The notes below the pieces were generated by a model. The model saw only the letters and a program-made list of their open reading frames with translations, was not told the origin of the DNA and did no database searches. A stretch of 64,000 nucleotides of DNA from Mayamaea pseudoterrestris (lineage: Eukaryota), in contig BROI01000023.1 of assembly GCA_027923505.1 (NCBI GenBank), positions 248,001-312,000 on the forward strand, in the 5' to 3' direction. Positions 23,469 to 34,967 of this stretch are shown here, piece after piece. The position numbers and the translations under genes are program-made. Positions within the stretch are counted from its first letter, which is position 1. Every line of letters starts with the position of its first letter.

Positions 23469-23612
23469 GACGAGGCAATACTATGAAACGGGTGCCAGTG
23501 AAAACTCGTTGGTGAGGCAATATTACGAAACGGGTGCCAGTGAAAACTGGTCGACGAGGCAAGATTACGAAACGGGTGCCAATGATAACTCATCATTGAG
23601 GCAATAATGAGA
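23469..23612 (-). repeat. 42-bp phased repeat array 1 (~3.3 units, opposite orientation to arrays 2 and 3)
   Basis: Core GAAACGGGTGCCA(G/A)TGA(A/T)AAC at 23485, 23527 and 23569; GAGGCAA at 23472, 23514, 23556 and 23598. It sits between divergent genes. Confidence 0.92.
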
Positions 23613-23731
23613 CCCACTCTTGTACATAACCCTCATATCGGCTGGCGCGCATTCAGCGAAACGGTCGAGAGCGAACGACGATTGATAGTTCGACTCGTGT
23701 GCAGTGCACGACGCTGCTTATTGCGACAACC

Positions 23732-24517
23732 ATGGACTCGACGAGTGAGCATGAGATGGAAGAGCAGGACGGCAGTCATGAAGTGTGGCAAGCAATCAGT
23801 GGTAGTAGCAGTAGTCGCCTCGGCGAGCATTTCTTGAGAGAGAACGACAGTGCTGAACTGGCAGCAGCGGAGGCGGACGACTCGAGCCTTTTGGATTGCA
23901 ACGACGAACATCAAGACCAGCAGCGGGGAGGCAATAAGATGACGACTCCAATGAATGATGCTGACTATAACTTATTCGACAATCAAGAGCTTGAAGGAGA
24001 ATATATGGATGATTACCATGAGCCAGTACCTGCAGGAGGAGCAGCGTCCGCCAATCATCAAAACGACAAGGACGAACCAGAGGATGAATTGGAAGGCTTC
24101 ATTCGACGCGTCTTTGACACGACGGTGGATGGACCATGTCGAGGTGTCACGTATAGAATGCCAGAATCATTTTGTGCGACGATGAACTTGGAGGATCAGC
24201 TTGATTTGCTTGGCCATTGTCGACGTCCATTGGAATTCCTGTCACTTTTCTCCAGGGACGAATCATCGTCCGAGCAACGAGTCGAAGTATTGCCAGTCGC
24301 TGCTGGCATGTACGTTGTTCCGACCTTTTGCGAGTATTGCGGCGCGGCGCAAACCAGTCTTTGCGATTCCAAGCAATGTCAGCGACCGCGATTGTATTTT
24401 CAAAAGAAACGACCGCCCTTTGCCAAGCGCGACGACAAGAAGTGGGATGCAGCGACGGATTTTGCTCTTCCAACTGCTTCAAATGCGGCTGCAGCAAGCG
24501 TCAAGGCTTTTCGGTAG
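23732..24517 (+). CDS. Hypothetical protein with acidic N-terminus and C-terminal Cys cluster
   Basis: ATG at 23732 in the 272-aa ORF frame. CEYC-x7-C-x4-C followed by RPRLYFQKKRPPF is a possible zinc site. Confidence 0.65.
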   Translation: MDSTSEHEMEEQDGSHEVWQAISGSSSSRLGEHFLRENDSAELAAAEADDSSLLDCNDEHQDQQRGGNKMTTPMNDADYNLFDNQELEGEYMDDYHEPVPAGGAASANHQNDKDEPEDELEGFIRRVFDTTVDGPCRGVTYRMPESFCATMNLEDQLDLLGHCRRPLEFLSLFSRDESSSEQRVEVLPVAAGMYVVPTFCEYCGAAQTSLCDSKQCQRPRLYFQKKRPPFAKRDDKKWDAATDFALPTASNAAAASVKAFR

Positions 24518-24765
24518 CGAAGAGAATATATACGAAATGCACTTGATTGCTTTGAACAGGGTAAGCTAGCGTTTATGCAAGTGCTTTGGCGCCCGGTGGT
24601 GCAAAAGGCTTTCTCCTTTAGAATATTAAACTAGTCGTCTATACATAGTTTTGTTACTCATCAGTGCGTTATATGTCTTTATGACTGAAATGAGTAGTTC
24701 TTTGATGTCGTGCCTCGTCTGAGGCAACGTCAAACAGTGCATGATAGGATGGTGTACCGGCACCT

Positions 24766-25865
24766 TCAAGGCTCCAAGTCCACCGCGGAAAAGCGGCAGC
24801 TGCCTTCAAAAACAAAAACATGCGGGATCATCTCCGATTCACCACACGACCATCCCAAAAAACATGAAATATCAGTGTTATCATGCGCCCGCCCGTGGTT
24901 TAATTCATTGATCGCTAATGCTTGCGTCGTAGAGGCCACGCGGATGCCATCGAAATAAAAATGGAAGTCGCCTGTCGGAATATCCTTGATGCAGCGCACG
25001 ATAGTACCGTCTCTCCATGACAAACGCTGAAGTTTAACAATTTCGGTGCGACTATTCCGCTGGTTTGTAAAACTAACGGTGCCAATCGTGTACAAAAGAA
25101 GCCGGTTTGTTTGCTCCTCCCAAGCTTTTACTGTATCGGCAGTGATGGGGGCATTGCGAATCCAGCCAATCTCTCCAACAAACCCTTGACCAGCAGTAAC
25201 TTGAAACGATTGGATCTTTCGACCATGGAAGGTCCAAATGGGTACGCAGGTCGATCCAACGTAAAAAATCGCACTGCTTCCTCCGCCGTGGCCGTCATCT
25301 CATAATCCAAAATGGAACAGTCCATGGACGCATGGATCATATCGTTCCAAGTACCATGGTCGGTTCCCATGATATAAATTTCGTAGTTGAAGAGAACATT
25401 GGTGAGACCAAATTTGTCTACCATGCGGCGAAATGAAGCCTCCTCCGCTGGATTTGTAAAGGACGGCGTCACAGGCGGCAATCTGTTGTCATTCATGCCC
25501 GTCATTGAGTCCAAGTCGCGAAGAAATTTGAGCAACGGCATGAACAATTCAGGCTCGTAGTCAATGAGGAAATGACCCTGCTCGTTTCGAGGCAACGAGT
25601 CGTCCCAGCGTCCGCTGAACATTTCCGCTAGCTTGGATCCTTCTGTGTACGTGAGGGTGCTACGGAGAGTATCGATCGTTTTCTCGCCGCCAACATTAAG
25701 CGTCAAGATATCGGATCCTGACAAGCCTTGCCCTCCGACATTCTCAGTGTTGAAGCAACCAGTTGCTTCCCCTACATGGGAGGAAATAATAAATTGTTCG
25801 TTCGGATAAGGACCGATGTCGGCTCCGTCCACGCCACCGCCGCTGCTGCTGCTACTGGTCTTCAT
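24766..25865 (-). pseudogene. KCTD-type BTB/POZ protein gene with one apparent frameshift (pseudogene or assembly indel)
   Basis: LTLNVGGE...TLRSTLT...SKLAEMFSGRW...FLIDYEPELFMPLLKFLR is a KCTD BTB domain. The C-terminal beta-rich part continues in another frame that is open from ~25300 to 24766. Confidence 0.75.
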
Positions 25866-26117
25866 TCTATCAATCCTTTGAATCGCCACTCTTCTTCCCG
25901 ACTTGTTAATCCTCGTAATGATCGCTTGCTGCTAGTACGCTCGTATCTGCGAATGGATACAAATGTGTGGAGCCAAAGGCGGGCGACGAGCGAAATGAAA
26001 ATGGATCTCGCAACGCGAAAGGCACATTCGTGTCGTGACGTGTCGTATCGGGACAGGCGTTCCGATGCTACCAATGCTAATAAGGGATGATTGGACGATT
26101 TGAAAATTAGGTGCTAC

Positions 26118-26148
26118 GTATGTATCATACTTGAGGTATGATACATAC
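26118..26148. repeat. Perfect 13-bp inverted repeat GTATGTATCATAC-ttgag-GTATGATACATAC
   Basis: Read directly. It is intergenic, upstream of the BTB gene. Confidence 0.9.
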
Positions 26149-26376
26149 AACGCCTACCGGTGGGATAAAGCTTATCCGCAGCTAGGCTAATCTACAGCCA
26201 GATGTCGTGAGGAAAGGTAATGGCATTTGGTTTACTGTACCTTGACACTCGGTGCACCTTGCCAGTTCTTGACGGAGGCTTCCCGCAATGGTAGCGGGTT
26301 ACGGGCCAGATGAATATTGCTGCTGACCTGAAAAGGTCTACCGGCACGAGCACAATAAAACGGGTTATAATCTTTG

Positions 26377-27855
26377 TTATTCTACAAGCTCCACTTGACT
26401 CGAGGAGTCCATTCTCGCCAATGCAACATTTTCGTTCCATCCATTCTCCAGCGCACCAGACGCTGCAACAAGTCGCCAGTACTTTCCTTCCTTCCATTGC
26501 CTATACACGTGTGCGTGAACATCATTTGTATTTGGCCAAGAACCGTCCTTTCTTCCAAAAGCCGCCGCCAAGTCAGCAATGGTCACCATTGCCTTGACAT
26601 TCTCTTTAGAACCGTGCACCTGCAAGTACGTTGTAATCTGATTATCCAAAAATTGCTGCGACTCAAGCAAGTCGGCTCGCACCTTGTTGCGCTTGGCTTG
26701 AATCAGTCGTTGCTTCAACGTCGGATTGCCCTTCACCATGTCTACCGTCAGTCGACACTGCGATTGCTGGGTCCTGGCTTGTCGTTGTCGACAATGATGG
26801 ACCCAAGCTCGAAACATATCCGAGTGCTCTGGAGCTTGCTGCACAAGTGGGCCAGCGTCGTGACCAAAAACGTTGAACCCGATGATCACACGGCGCTGCC
26901 GAGCTTCCTCGGCCTCGTTGCCTTGCGTGCCATCATAATTCGTGGGCGCTGTTGGTTCAATTAATTCAATTCGTGTACTCATATGCGGCATGTGTCCAGA
27001 CGCCATGATCAAGCGATTATACTGGTACGAAATGCGCACCATGTCATTTGCCTCAACGGGTCGCAGCGCTCCCTTGTAGCCATGTTTTTGGTAGTGCTCC
27101 AGTCCGTCTAGACTCATACACAAATCTCCACCAGTCACTTGCAGACAAGGCGGCATGCAGTGCAAGGTACCAGCCAATAGCGGCGGAACAATCACGTTGG
27201 AAGCGTATCGAACTTGCTCGGCGTAGTCCAAGTGGTATGGGACGCTGGATCCAACTTTGGCTGATAGCGCCCAAAGGGCAATGCCATGAACCGATGAATG
27301 AAATTGTTCGTGCGACAGCATTGCAGTTGTATATTGCTTGTCTTGATTGCGTGTTGCTGTATCAGACGAGTGTATAGCGAACGACGTTTCCTTGGTGGTC
27401 GCTGAATTACGAGTAGACATGGCCCTGTCGAAAAAGGCTGCTGCAACGCGACGAGCAAGAAAATTCTTGTCGTCGTTACAGCTGCAAGTACATTCTCGTC
27501 GTTTCGAATCGTCGTCATTCTCCTTCTTGCTGTCATTGCTTTCGTCATTCCAGTGGTGCTGGAGTTGCTCCTTCGTGACATAGGTTCCCCATGGCTGTCC
27601 TTCTCGTATGGTAACCTCAAACAAGGAATCCACGAGGCATTCGTCGACAGCATTGTCGTACACTCGAATAATTGGTTTTTCATGAAATTCTGAATAGTGG
27701 ACGAGTCGCGTCGGATGCGTGGCTGCATCAAGACTCTCGGGAACGTGGCCGTCGTCAAAGTCAATCAGTGTTCCACCGTGTATTGTAAAGTCTACAGAAG
27801 ATGCGGAGGATAGAATTTCGTCAATTTTATTCACTTCCGACGACAAGCTGCTCAT
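26377..27855 (-). CDS. 2-oxoglutarate/Fe(II)-dependent dioxygenase-like protein
   Basis: HxD in VPYHLDY, GGDL, NRL...distal His in MPHMST, and the 2OG-binding Arg in RRVIIGFN. Confidence 0.75.
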   Translation of the reverse strand: MSSLSSEVNKIDEILSSASSVDFTIHGGTLIDFDDGHVPESLDAATHPTRLVHYSEFHEKPIIRVYDNAVDECLVDSLFEVTIREGQPWGTYVTKEQLQHHWNDESNDSKKENDDDSKRRECTCSCNDDKNFLARRVAAAFFDRAMSTRNSATTKETSFAIHSSDTATRNQDKQYTTAMLSHEQFHSSVHGIALWALSAKVGSSVPYHLDYAEQVRYASNVIVPPLLAGTLHCMPPCLQVTGGDLCMSLDGLEHYQKHGYKGALRPVEANDMVRISYQYNRLIMASGHMPHMSTRIELIEPTAPTNYDGTQGNEAEEARQRRVIIGFNVFGHDAGPLVQQAPEHSDMFRAWVHHCRQRQARTQQSQCRLTVDMVKGNPTLKQRLIQAKRNKVRADLLESQQFLDNQITTYLQVHGSKENVKAMVTIADLAAAFGRKDGSWPNTNDVHAHVYRQWKEGKYWRLVAASGALENGWNENVALARMDSSSQVELVE

Positions 27856-28191
27856 TAGGTAATTTTGTTTGATTGGTGATATAGACTTTACAAGGATTGA
27901 TAAGCAAGTACAATACAGCGTTCAGCAAGCAATGGAGGCATGACATGGAAGGACGAAAAACTATCATGCGTCGTAGCGGTTATCAAAGATGTCGCACTGG
28001 CGATCGTGCGGCGAGAACGACAAAGATCTTTCGCCGTGCATTCGACGACTGACATGTGGGATCAACGCCCTCCATCCATAGCGTAGACAATGCATCAAGT
28101 AGCTCTTTACTACTGAAGATTCTTTACATTTGAGTGAAAAGATAACGACTTGATCTAGTTTAACATTGCGCGACAGACCAGCAACGTGAAC

Positions 28192-30923
28192 ATGGTGGCG
28201 GAGGAAGATTCCTCGTCGACCATGTCCGAACAAGGCGCCATTGCAGCTGCTGCTTCAGATATTTTGAATGACCTGCAATCTTTGGTGGACCCTCTTGACG
28301 AGGATGATTCCGATTGGAGTGACTCGCAAGTCCTAAATGCGAGTACAAGTAAGCGTCGCACACGTTTCCCAGTGACGACCTTTGTACGCAACAAAACCTC
28401 CAAGAACTATGCAAAGTCTGGATCGAAAAGTACACTTCGACAAGCCTGGAATCATGTCAAAAACAAGACAGTAAACATTCCGTCCTTTTTGAACGGAAAA
28501 GACGGCGGCGATGAAGGAACTACTACAAGTCTCTTTGATGATCCACACCAGGTTGCAAAAGTGAAGAGGCTTGTCAATTTTGTTTACGGAAAGACGTCGG
28601 TTCAAGAGGAGGAGGATCGAGTTTCAAAACTTTTCAAAGCGTACGAACACAAGGAGGCTTTGTTAATTAAAGTGCTTGAAACAAAGGTGTTACTAAAAGT
28701 ATGGGACGAGGATGGCACTACGTCCGGTAGTCACATTGTTCCGGTCGTCGAGGAAGCAGGAGCGCAGGCAGATCGGACCGTAATACTGTGCGCCCGCAAA
28801 GACAGATTTGAGGACATGTTTGATATTAAATCCAAGGCAGCGATGCACCAGGAGATTAATTGGGAGGTAGATGACGACGACATCGATTGTGTCAATCAAG
28901 TTGACCCCGGCTTGGTTGCTCGATTAAATGAGCTTTTGAAGAACGTTTACGAAACGAAATCTGCAGCTGCGCAGGTCGATCTGGCCTCGGCAATATTGTG
29001 TGCCTGTGGACGCAGAAAGGAAAAGTTGCTAGAGGTTCTTAGATCCAAAGCAACGTTGCTCATGGCAATGCAAGAATGTGACTCGAAGGCGGAACAAGAT
29101 GGCATTGGCGGTACTTCAACGCATCTTGGTCGTTTGTCCCAAGAAGGAAGTGCAAACGGACCGATCCTTCTATCAGGACCCAAGCGCAAGAAGAAAAAGC
29201 ACGCCTTGAAGAAAACGTTTCCGACTTCTACTATCCGCGTTGATGAGAAAGAACGTCATCGAAAACCTAAAGAATTCGGCAATGTGGACGCTTCCCACTA
29301 TGCATGTAGACACGGATTGAAACATTATGATGCATTGGATTTGTTTGGAACCATTCTTTCGTGGGTCTGCTTGGCGCTGTGTATGCCGCCTATGTTTGCC
29401 TCGTGTGACTGGCTTCGACAATTGCCGAAAGAATTACTTTTTTCGTGCAGCTTGCTAATGGTCTTGACGTTTACGCGGACATCGATAGGGAAACTACGTT
29501 CAGCGCTACGTGGCTTGGAGGAGAGGGAGCGGGACACTGTGTTTCCCAGTGGGGATGAAATGATGAGTCTGCCGCTTGGTTTAAACCCTTTGGATAGAGT
29601 TTCGCAGGAGACGGAAGGTCTGCACCAAGCATCGAAAAAGAAGAAAATGCGATTTGTTGACCGCTTCATCCCTAATCTTCCTCGTGTTAAAGCAGCGATG
29701 GGCAGGGACGGTCGAAGGCTGTCGATCACGGCTTTGGATCAATCCACTTCCGGTCGGAAGCAACTTCCATTTCAACTTTATCTGGATATTTGCTCAAATT
29801 TCAGTGGCGACAATAATTTGCTGATACGCCGTCTGCTGCGAAATGTGCGCAACGGTCGGTTCGCAACAAGTAATGATGTATCCGCTGAGTCCCAACTGGA
29901 AGGAATCAAGAGCACAAACAAGCAGGATGACCATACTCCATCAACAAGCCAACATTTCTTGGGGAAGATCAAATGTTCATCAGAAGCACTCGGGTTGTTT
30001 GATGACGATAAGCTGGTTCCACTCTTTAGTTTGCGAGGCATGGACATCATGTTAACTGATGGCGATCCTGAGAATGCATTGTCGACGCATCCATTCTTGA
30101 TTGAACATGGACTACGCAAGGTGCCTGGCTTTAACATTAACATTATGACGCCGTGGGCCAACATTGCACTATATTTTGAAATGCCGGAGTGGATGAGGTC
30201 TGGTTGGGACGGCATTTCGGAAAGCGAGAGCGATTCGTTTGAAACGAGAGCGCTTAAGGTATGCATAAAGTCAGTCAAAGCAACGCTCACAGAATCAAAT
30301 GTGGTGTAATGCTCACGCTAACACGCTTATATCTTCCTACCACTACGCAGCGATTCTTGAATGGAACGGACGAATACCGAAACAATCGGCTGAAGATCAT
30401 ACCCGTCTTGATTGATGGCCCTTACGTAATCAGGTGCATGGCTCCACCGACTCAAGAGATCGTCTGCGGGTGCGAGAAACTCCCTTTGAAGTGGATTAGA
30501 TACGATGCCGTTCCCGATCAGGGGCACTGTCCCGCTTTGGAACTTGTCTTGGACTGTGTGACTGCTCGTTCTATTCGTACTGTGACAAGCTTGTTAAAGC
30601 GAAATTTCAAAGCTATGTGCATGGACATTGGATTGGTAATTGCGTCGCCGGATGCCAAAGGTGAAGAAGAACAACAAGCGTGCCTTGGAATGTGGCGCTT
30701 TGATCGTATTGGTACGTAACTGCGAAAACTCGGAATAGTCTTCAATGTGAGCTCACACCTTTTCATTCTGGCGTCAGACCTGTCGCAATGCTCGAGCTTT
30801 CCCGACCGAGTTGATTTTGAAGCAGCCAAACTTGGCCAGAATGTTGATATGTTGCGCGCTAGCCAAATTCTGGGTATCGGCGTTGCAGAGCTGCAAGCTC
30901 TTGCCGCTGCTGCAGCCGAATAG
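28192..30923 (+). CDS. EDR2 C-terminal (DUF1336) domain protein; 3 exons (28192-30258, 30351-30711, 30778-30923)
   Basis: GT-AG introns at 30259-30350 and 30712-30777 keep the frame. Motifs LRGMDIMLTD, RFLNGTDEYRNNRLKIIP..DGPY, LELVLD and WRFDRIDL are present, with two central TM-like segments. Confidence 0.8.
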
Positions 30924-31554
30924 ATTAGGCGAATTCAGGCTTGTTGGATACAGCAGACGTGGCCGTGTGCCTGCACGTGCTATTTAGTGATGTCAATACG
31001 TACTCCGTTTACTTCTATGATACTTATTGATCACATAAAACGGGAGCTTTATTGTAGCATGCCGCTTAGAGTTCAGGCGTGCAACACTTCGACGCCCATT
31101 GGGAGTATTTGGCCACAATGTTTTGCGACGATTTCAACTGACGCTTCAATGAATATCTGCGAGTAAGATTCTGGTGCTGCTCAACACTTATAACTTAGTG
31201 TCAGTCGTTATAAACGACTGCAGCTCCCAATCGCTCCTCTTCCTCGTCATTTCCCGAAAGCTCGTTCTCGCCCACCGCGAGTACTTCCCCCATGTGTAGA
31301 GGTTTTTCAAAGCATCTATCGATCATCGCGATCCCTTTCCACGGCACAGTCGGACTCCTCTTTAATTTCGAATTCTGTCAGTTGTAGCACGTCTTCTAGG
31401 CGCAGTTCCTGTACCGGGTGTGGATAGTGCACACATCTTCCATAAGGTCAAGGTCAAGGTCTGCCAAAATTGCCGACAGGGAAAGCGACCGGGCGCGGCA
31501 ACAGAGGCATCGCAAGATTGGCCGCAGCCGATCGTTGATTGAGACGCTCTTCGT

Positions 31555-32473
31555 TCAGCCCCAACCGTTTCGTTTCCATCGCAGTTTGATACTGTAAATA
31601 ATCCGATGGCGATCCATGATTGCTTTGGTCGTAGCCGAGGCCCGACAGCTCTTGCGTTCAATTAATAGCTGTCGTTCATCCTGTGTCCGGGGGTTCGGCC
31701 CAGTATCGTCGCGAACAACGTCATCCAAGAACAATCCATGCTCAGTTCGAAACTCTCGCTCCACTTTTGACGCCGCCATTCGAGCGCCTCCTCGGATAAG
31801 TGAAGCATTGATGATTGCACGAGCGAGACGCTTTATATCATCATACGTGCTTTCATCTTGGTGCTTCCGTAATTCCTTATCAGCCAAAAAGCTTCGAATG
31901 TTAGCATCTCTAATCTGCTTGATTGATGCTCGTGTGACCATTGTTTTGTTTGACCATCGATGTCGGACGCTGTTACGTCTTCTTCAATGACTGTGGGCTG
32001 TCGATGACCCAAGGGATCATTCCCTTGGCGCAAGCCACGATTCGCCAGTCCTCTCATTTCCGTCTGCTTGTCATAAAAATTTTGCTCGCGCATCTCTTTC
32101 TCGAAACTCTCTTTAACTTGCGTAAAGATGCTCTGTTGATTGAGCCTGTGGGCAAGTTCTCTGTTGATTCGTCGCAGCAGGGAAGGATTCGAAGCATTGT
32201 CGTAGTAAAGCAGCAGTGGTGCTTGCAAGTTCGGGCATTTGGGCCGAAGTAACACGAGTAATTACCATCATTGAGCTGAAAGCTGAATCGCTCCTTGCCT
32301 GGTTCACTCGCCAGCGCTGCAAATGCAGCCTCGTAAATCCCCTCAAGCGCCACCATCTCTCTTTCGTTGGCTGTCAATTCCGCATCGTACTCAATATTGG
32401 ACAGTTTTGCTCTCTGCAGATATCGTTCGTTCTTCCAACTGAACCAGTAGCACGCGCTCGAAGCGTATCGCAA
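31555..32473 (-). pseudogene. Frameshifted unknown gene (three overlapping protein-like ORFs in different frames)
   Basis: ORFs 32054-32473, 31833-32255 and 31555-31941 overlap head-to-tail with helical, charged composition. No family was recognised. Confidence 0.45.
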
Positions 32474-32869
32474 TCTACTAACGCCTCCCTCTGTACAACC
32501 ACATGATCATTCAAACTCGCTGCCACTCTCAACACGTCATTTACATTCTCATATGCAAAGCCAAGCCGATTGAAACCAAGGGCTCATTCTCCAACAACTG
32601 CATTGACTGTAGGTACGCATTCATGATGTATGTAAGAGAGCTGATGGTGGCGCACACTCCCACGTCCGTCCGGCTCTGAGAACGAGTCAGACGAAGATGG
32701 TCGTGTTCTTCCTTCGTGTGGTTTGGCACGATTGCAATCGCCGATGACCGATGACCATAATATATTCGCTTCTCCTTTCATTCATAGAAGCAAAGTCTCA
32801 AGACATTTAAACGTACCCAGTCGCAACTACAACTATACCGTTATTGATTAACCCAGCTGACACCCAACA

Positions 32870-34753
32870 ATGGATTCTCTAGTGGGAGATACAGGTCTTC
32901 CTTCAGTAACAATTCAAGTCAAGCACGGCAACTCCGAGCAGCAGCAACAGCGGCATTCCACGGCAGCATTCTCGACGGCGGTCGAAACTACTAAACCACC
33001 GCATGAAGCGCATAGAGGAATGACTCGCAGCGAGCTACGTATTGAAAGGGAGCATAGGTACTTCGTCGAGGCATTAACCCAAGCAGGATGGAATGATGAT
33101 GAAGAACTTGTCCGAACCAACAAGTGTATCGGCCTGTTGGAAGCCATCTTGCATCCGGACAATGAACGCCGTCATAATGGAGGTTCGATGGTCTACGACA
33201 TGCGTCGTGCGAAAGTGTCTGAAAGGGAGGAAGACAACTACATGGACAGCCCTCCACTTTCGGCGCCCCTTGTGGCGAATGATTGGCAGCGAATGCCAAT
33301 AGTCATTCCTATTGGGTCCTACCGCTTGGGAGCGCAGCTACCATGCTCCGTTCTCGACATTTTGGTGCTTGCTCCCGAAAGATATAGCCGAGAAACGTAT
33401 TTCATCTTTGTCTCGCATATTCTCCAGAAGCAACCCAAGTCAATCATTCAGCAAGTGCATCCCATTTCAGACGTTTACGTTCCCGTCATCAAGTTCATTA
33501 TCTGTGGGATTTCCGTCGATATGTTCATTGCAAAAGGCAACGCTGCCAAGATGAAGGAATTTGTCAACAAGCGACAGGCGGAACGAAGCAGCGTTGAGTC
33601 GGGCTTACACACCCTTCCCCAACGTGTATACCTGATCGACGACGACGACTACTTGGCCGACGACCAGGACGAGTTTGGGATTCGATCATTGAATGGCGTT
33701 CGGGTCGCACAAGAAATTCTTACACTGGTTCCTCATTTACGAACCTTTCAGATCGTCCTGGTGTCTGTGAAAAAGTTCGCCATGGCCAATGGTATTTACA
33801 GCAACGTTTTGGGGTTTCTGGGAGGTATTAGCTACGCAATCATGGTCGCCTACATCTGCATTGACAGTAACTCCAAGACAAGCGAGTCTCCCGTCGACAT
33901 GTTAGAGGCCTTCTTCGAGACGTTCGCAGCATGGGATTGGTCAAAACCCGTCATTCTTGGCGAGCTGCAGTCAATACCATCCTCGAGTGATATTCCGACG
34001 CTTGCGAGCTGGAATGCAACCCTTAACGAGAGCGACCGTCGCCATCTAATGCCAATCATAACGCCAGCTTATCCTTCCATGAATTCGGCGTACAACGTGG
34101 GTACATTTCAAAAACTTAAAATGATGCTGGCGTTCCATACAGCAGTAAATCATAAAACGATACTCAACACGCGCAGAAACATAAACCGGTACTTCGGCGT
34201 GCATGGGGGCACACGACAACACAATAATTTGGGAAGAAATCTATTTTCGGGCTTCAAACTTCATTCACCTAGAAGTTTAAGCCACCCGTTTACTCTCGCT
34301 GTTGAGGTTTTGGTAAGCAGCCAGACTCACCCAGAACATGTAAAGTGTTGGCGCTATGTGGAGTCGCGTTTGCGCCTACTGATTGCAACCGTACACCAAC
34401 CGACGTTCGGCATTAAGGTGTTACATATGTCGCGGAGGACATGGAGCGAAGCGCTCGCGATGGAGAAGAACGGTATCTACGATTACTCGCTCAGCGGCAG
34501 CACGAGCGAAGGAACCGTTGCACTGCAACAAGCCTTCTACATAGCGTTTCGTAACAACAATGACGTGCATTTGCCTGCCATATGGGACAATATACTCTAT
34601 TCTGCGTTTTGTCAAGATATTATGAATGCATTTATCGGGCGAATGAAGGGACCGAAAATCACGCTTTTCTTTTTCGCTGGCAGTAACTGTATCTGCTATG
34701 CACAACTTGCTCCAGAATATCGAATGCAAAGCCTAGAATACGTCTGGCCTTAA
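32870..34753 (+). CDS. Canonical-type poly(A) polymerase paralog, divergent, first catalytic Asp replaced by Val
   Basis: GSYRLG, YVPVIKF..GISVD, RSLNGVRVAQEIL, GIYSNVLGFLGGISYAIMVA and HLMPIITPAYPSMNSAYNV are hallmark PAP motifs. No introns. Confidence 0.92.
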   Translation: MDSLVGDTGLPSVTIQVKHGNSEQQQQRHSTAAFSTAVETTKPPHEAHRGMTRSELRIEREHRYFVEALTQAGWNDDEELVRTNKCIGLLEAILHPDNERRHNGGSMVYDMRRAKVSEREEDNYMDSPPLSAPLVANDWQRMPIVIPIGSYRLGAQLPCSVLDILVLAPERYSRETYFIFVSHILQKQPKSIIQQVHPISDVYVPVIKFIICGISVDMFIAKGNAAKMKEFVNKRQAERSSVESGLHTLPQRVYLIDDDDYLADDQDEFGIRSLNGVRVAQEILTLVPHLRTFQIVLVSVKKFAMANGIYSNVLGFLGGISYAIMVAYICIDSNSKTSESPVDMLEAFFETFAAWDWSKPVILGELQSIPSSSDIPTLASWNATLNESDRRHLMPIITPAYPSMNSAYNVGTFQKLKMMLAFHTAVNHKTILNTRRNINRYFGVHGGTRQHNNLGRNLFSGFKLHSPRSLSHPFTLAVEVLVSSQTHPEHVKCWRYVESRLRLLIATVHQPTFGIKVLHMSRRTWSEALAMEKNGIYDYSLSGSTSEGTVALQQAFYIAFRNNNDVHLPAIWDNILYSAFCQDIMNAFIGRMKGPKITLFFFAGSNCICYAQLAPEYRMQSLEYVWP

Positions 34754-34967
34754 CACAACTACATAGTAATCATATTAACAACTTGAGCGTATGCACGGCT
34801 TTGTTTGGAAGACAGCTGCTACCGCAACTGCATTCAAACAGCCTTCATCTACAAAAACTCCCGTCCTCGGCATTATAAAGCGGCACGTCGGCGCGATTGT
34901 CATCATCTTCAAGTAGAGCATACTTGCCCATCGATACCAGACGCGAGGTAGTCATCTTTGCTCCGAT

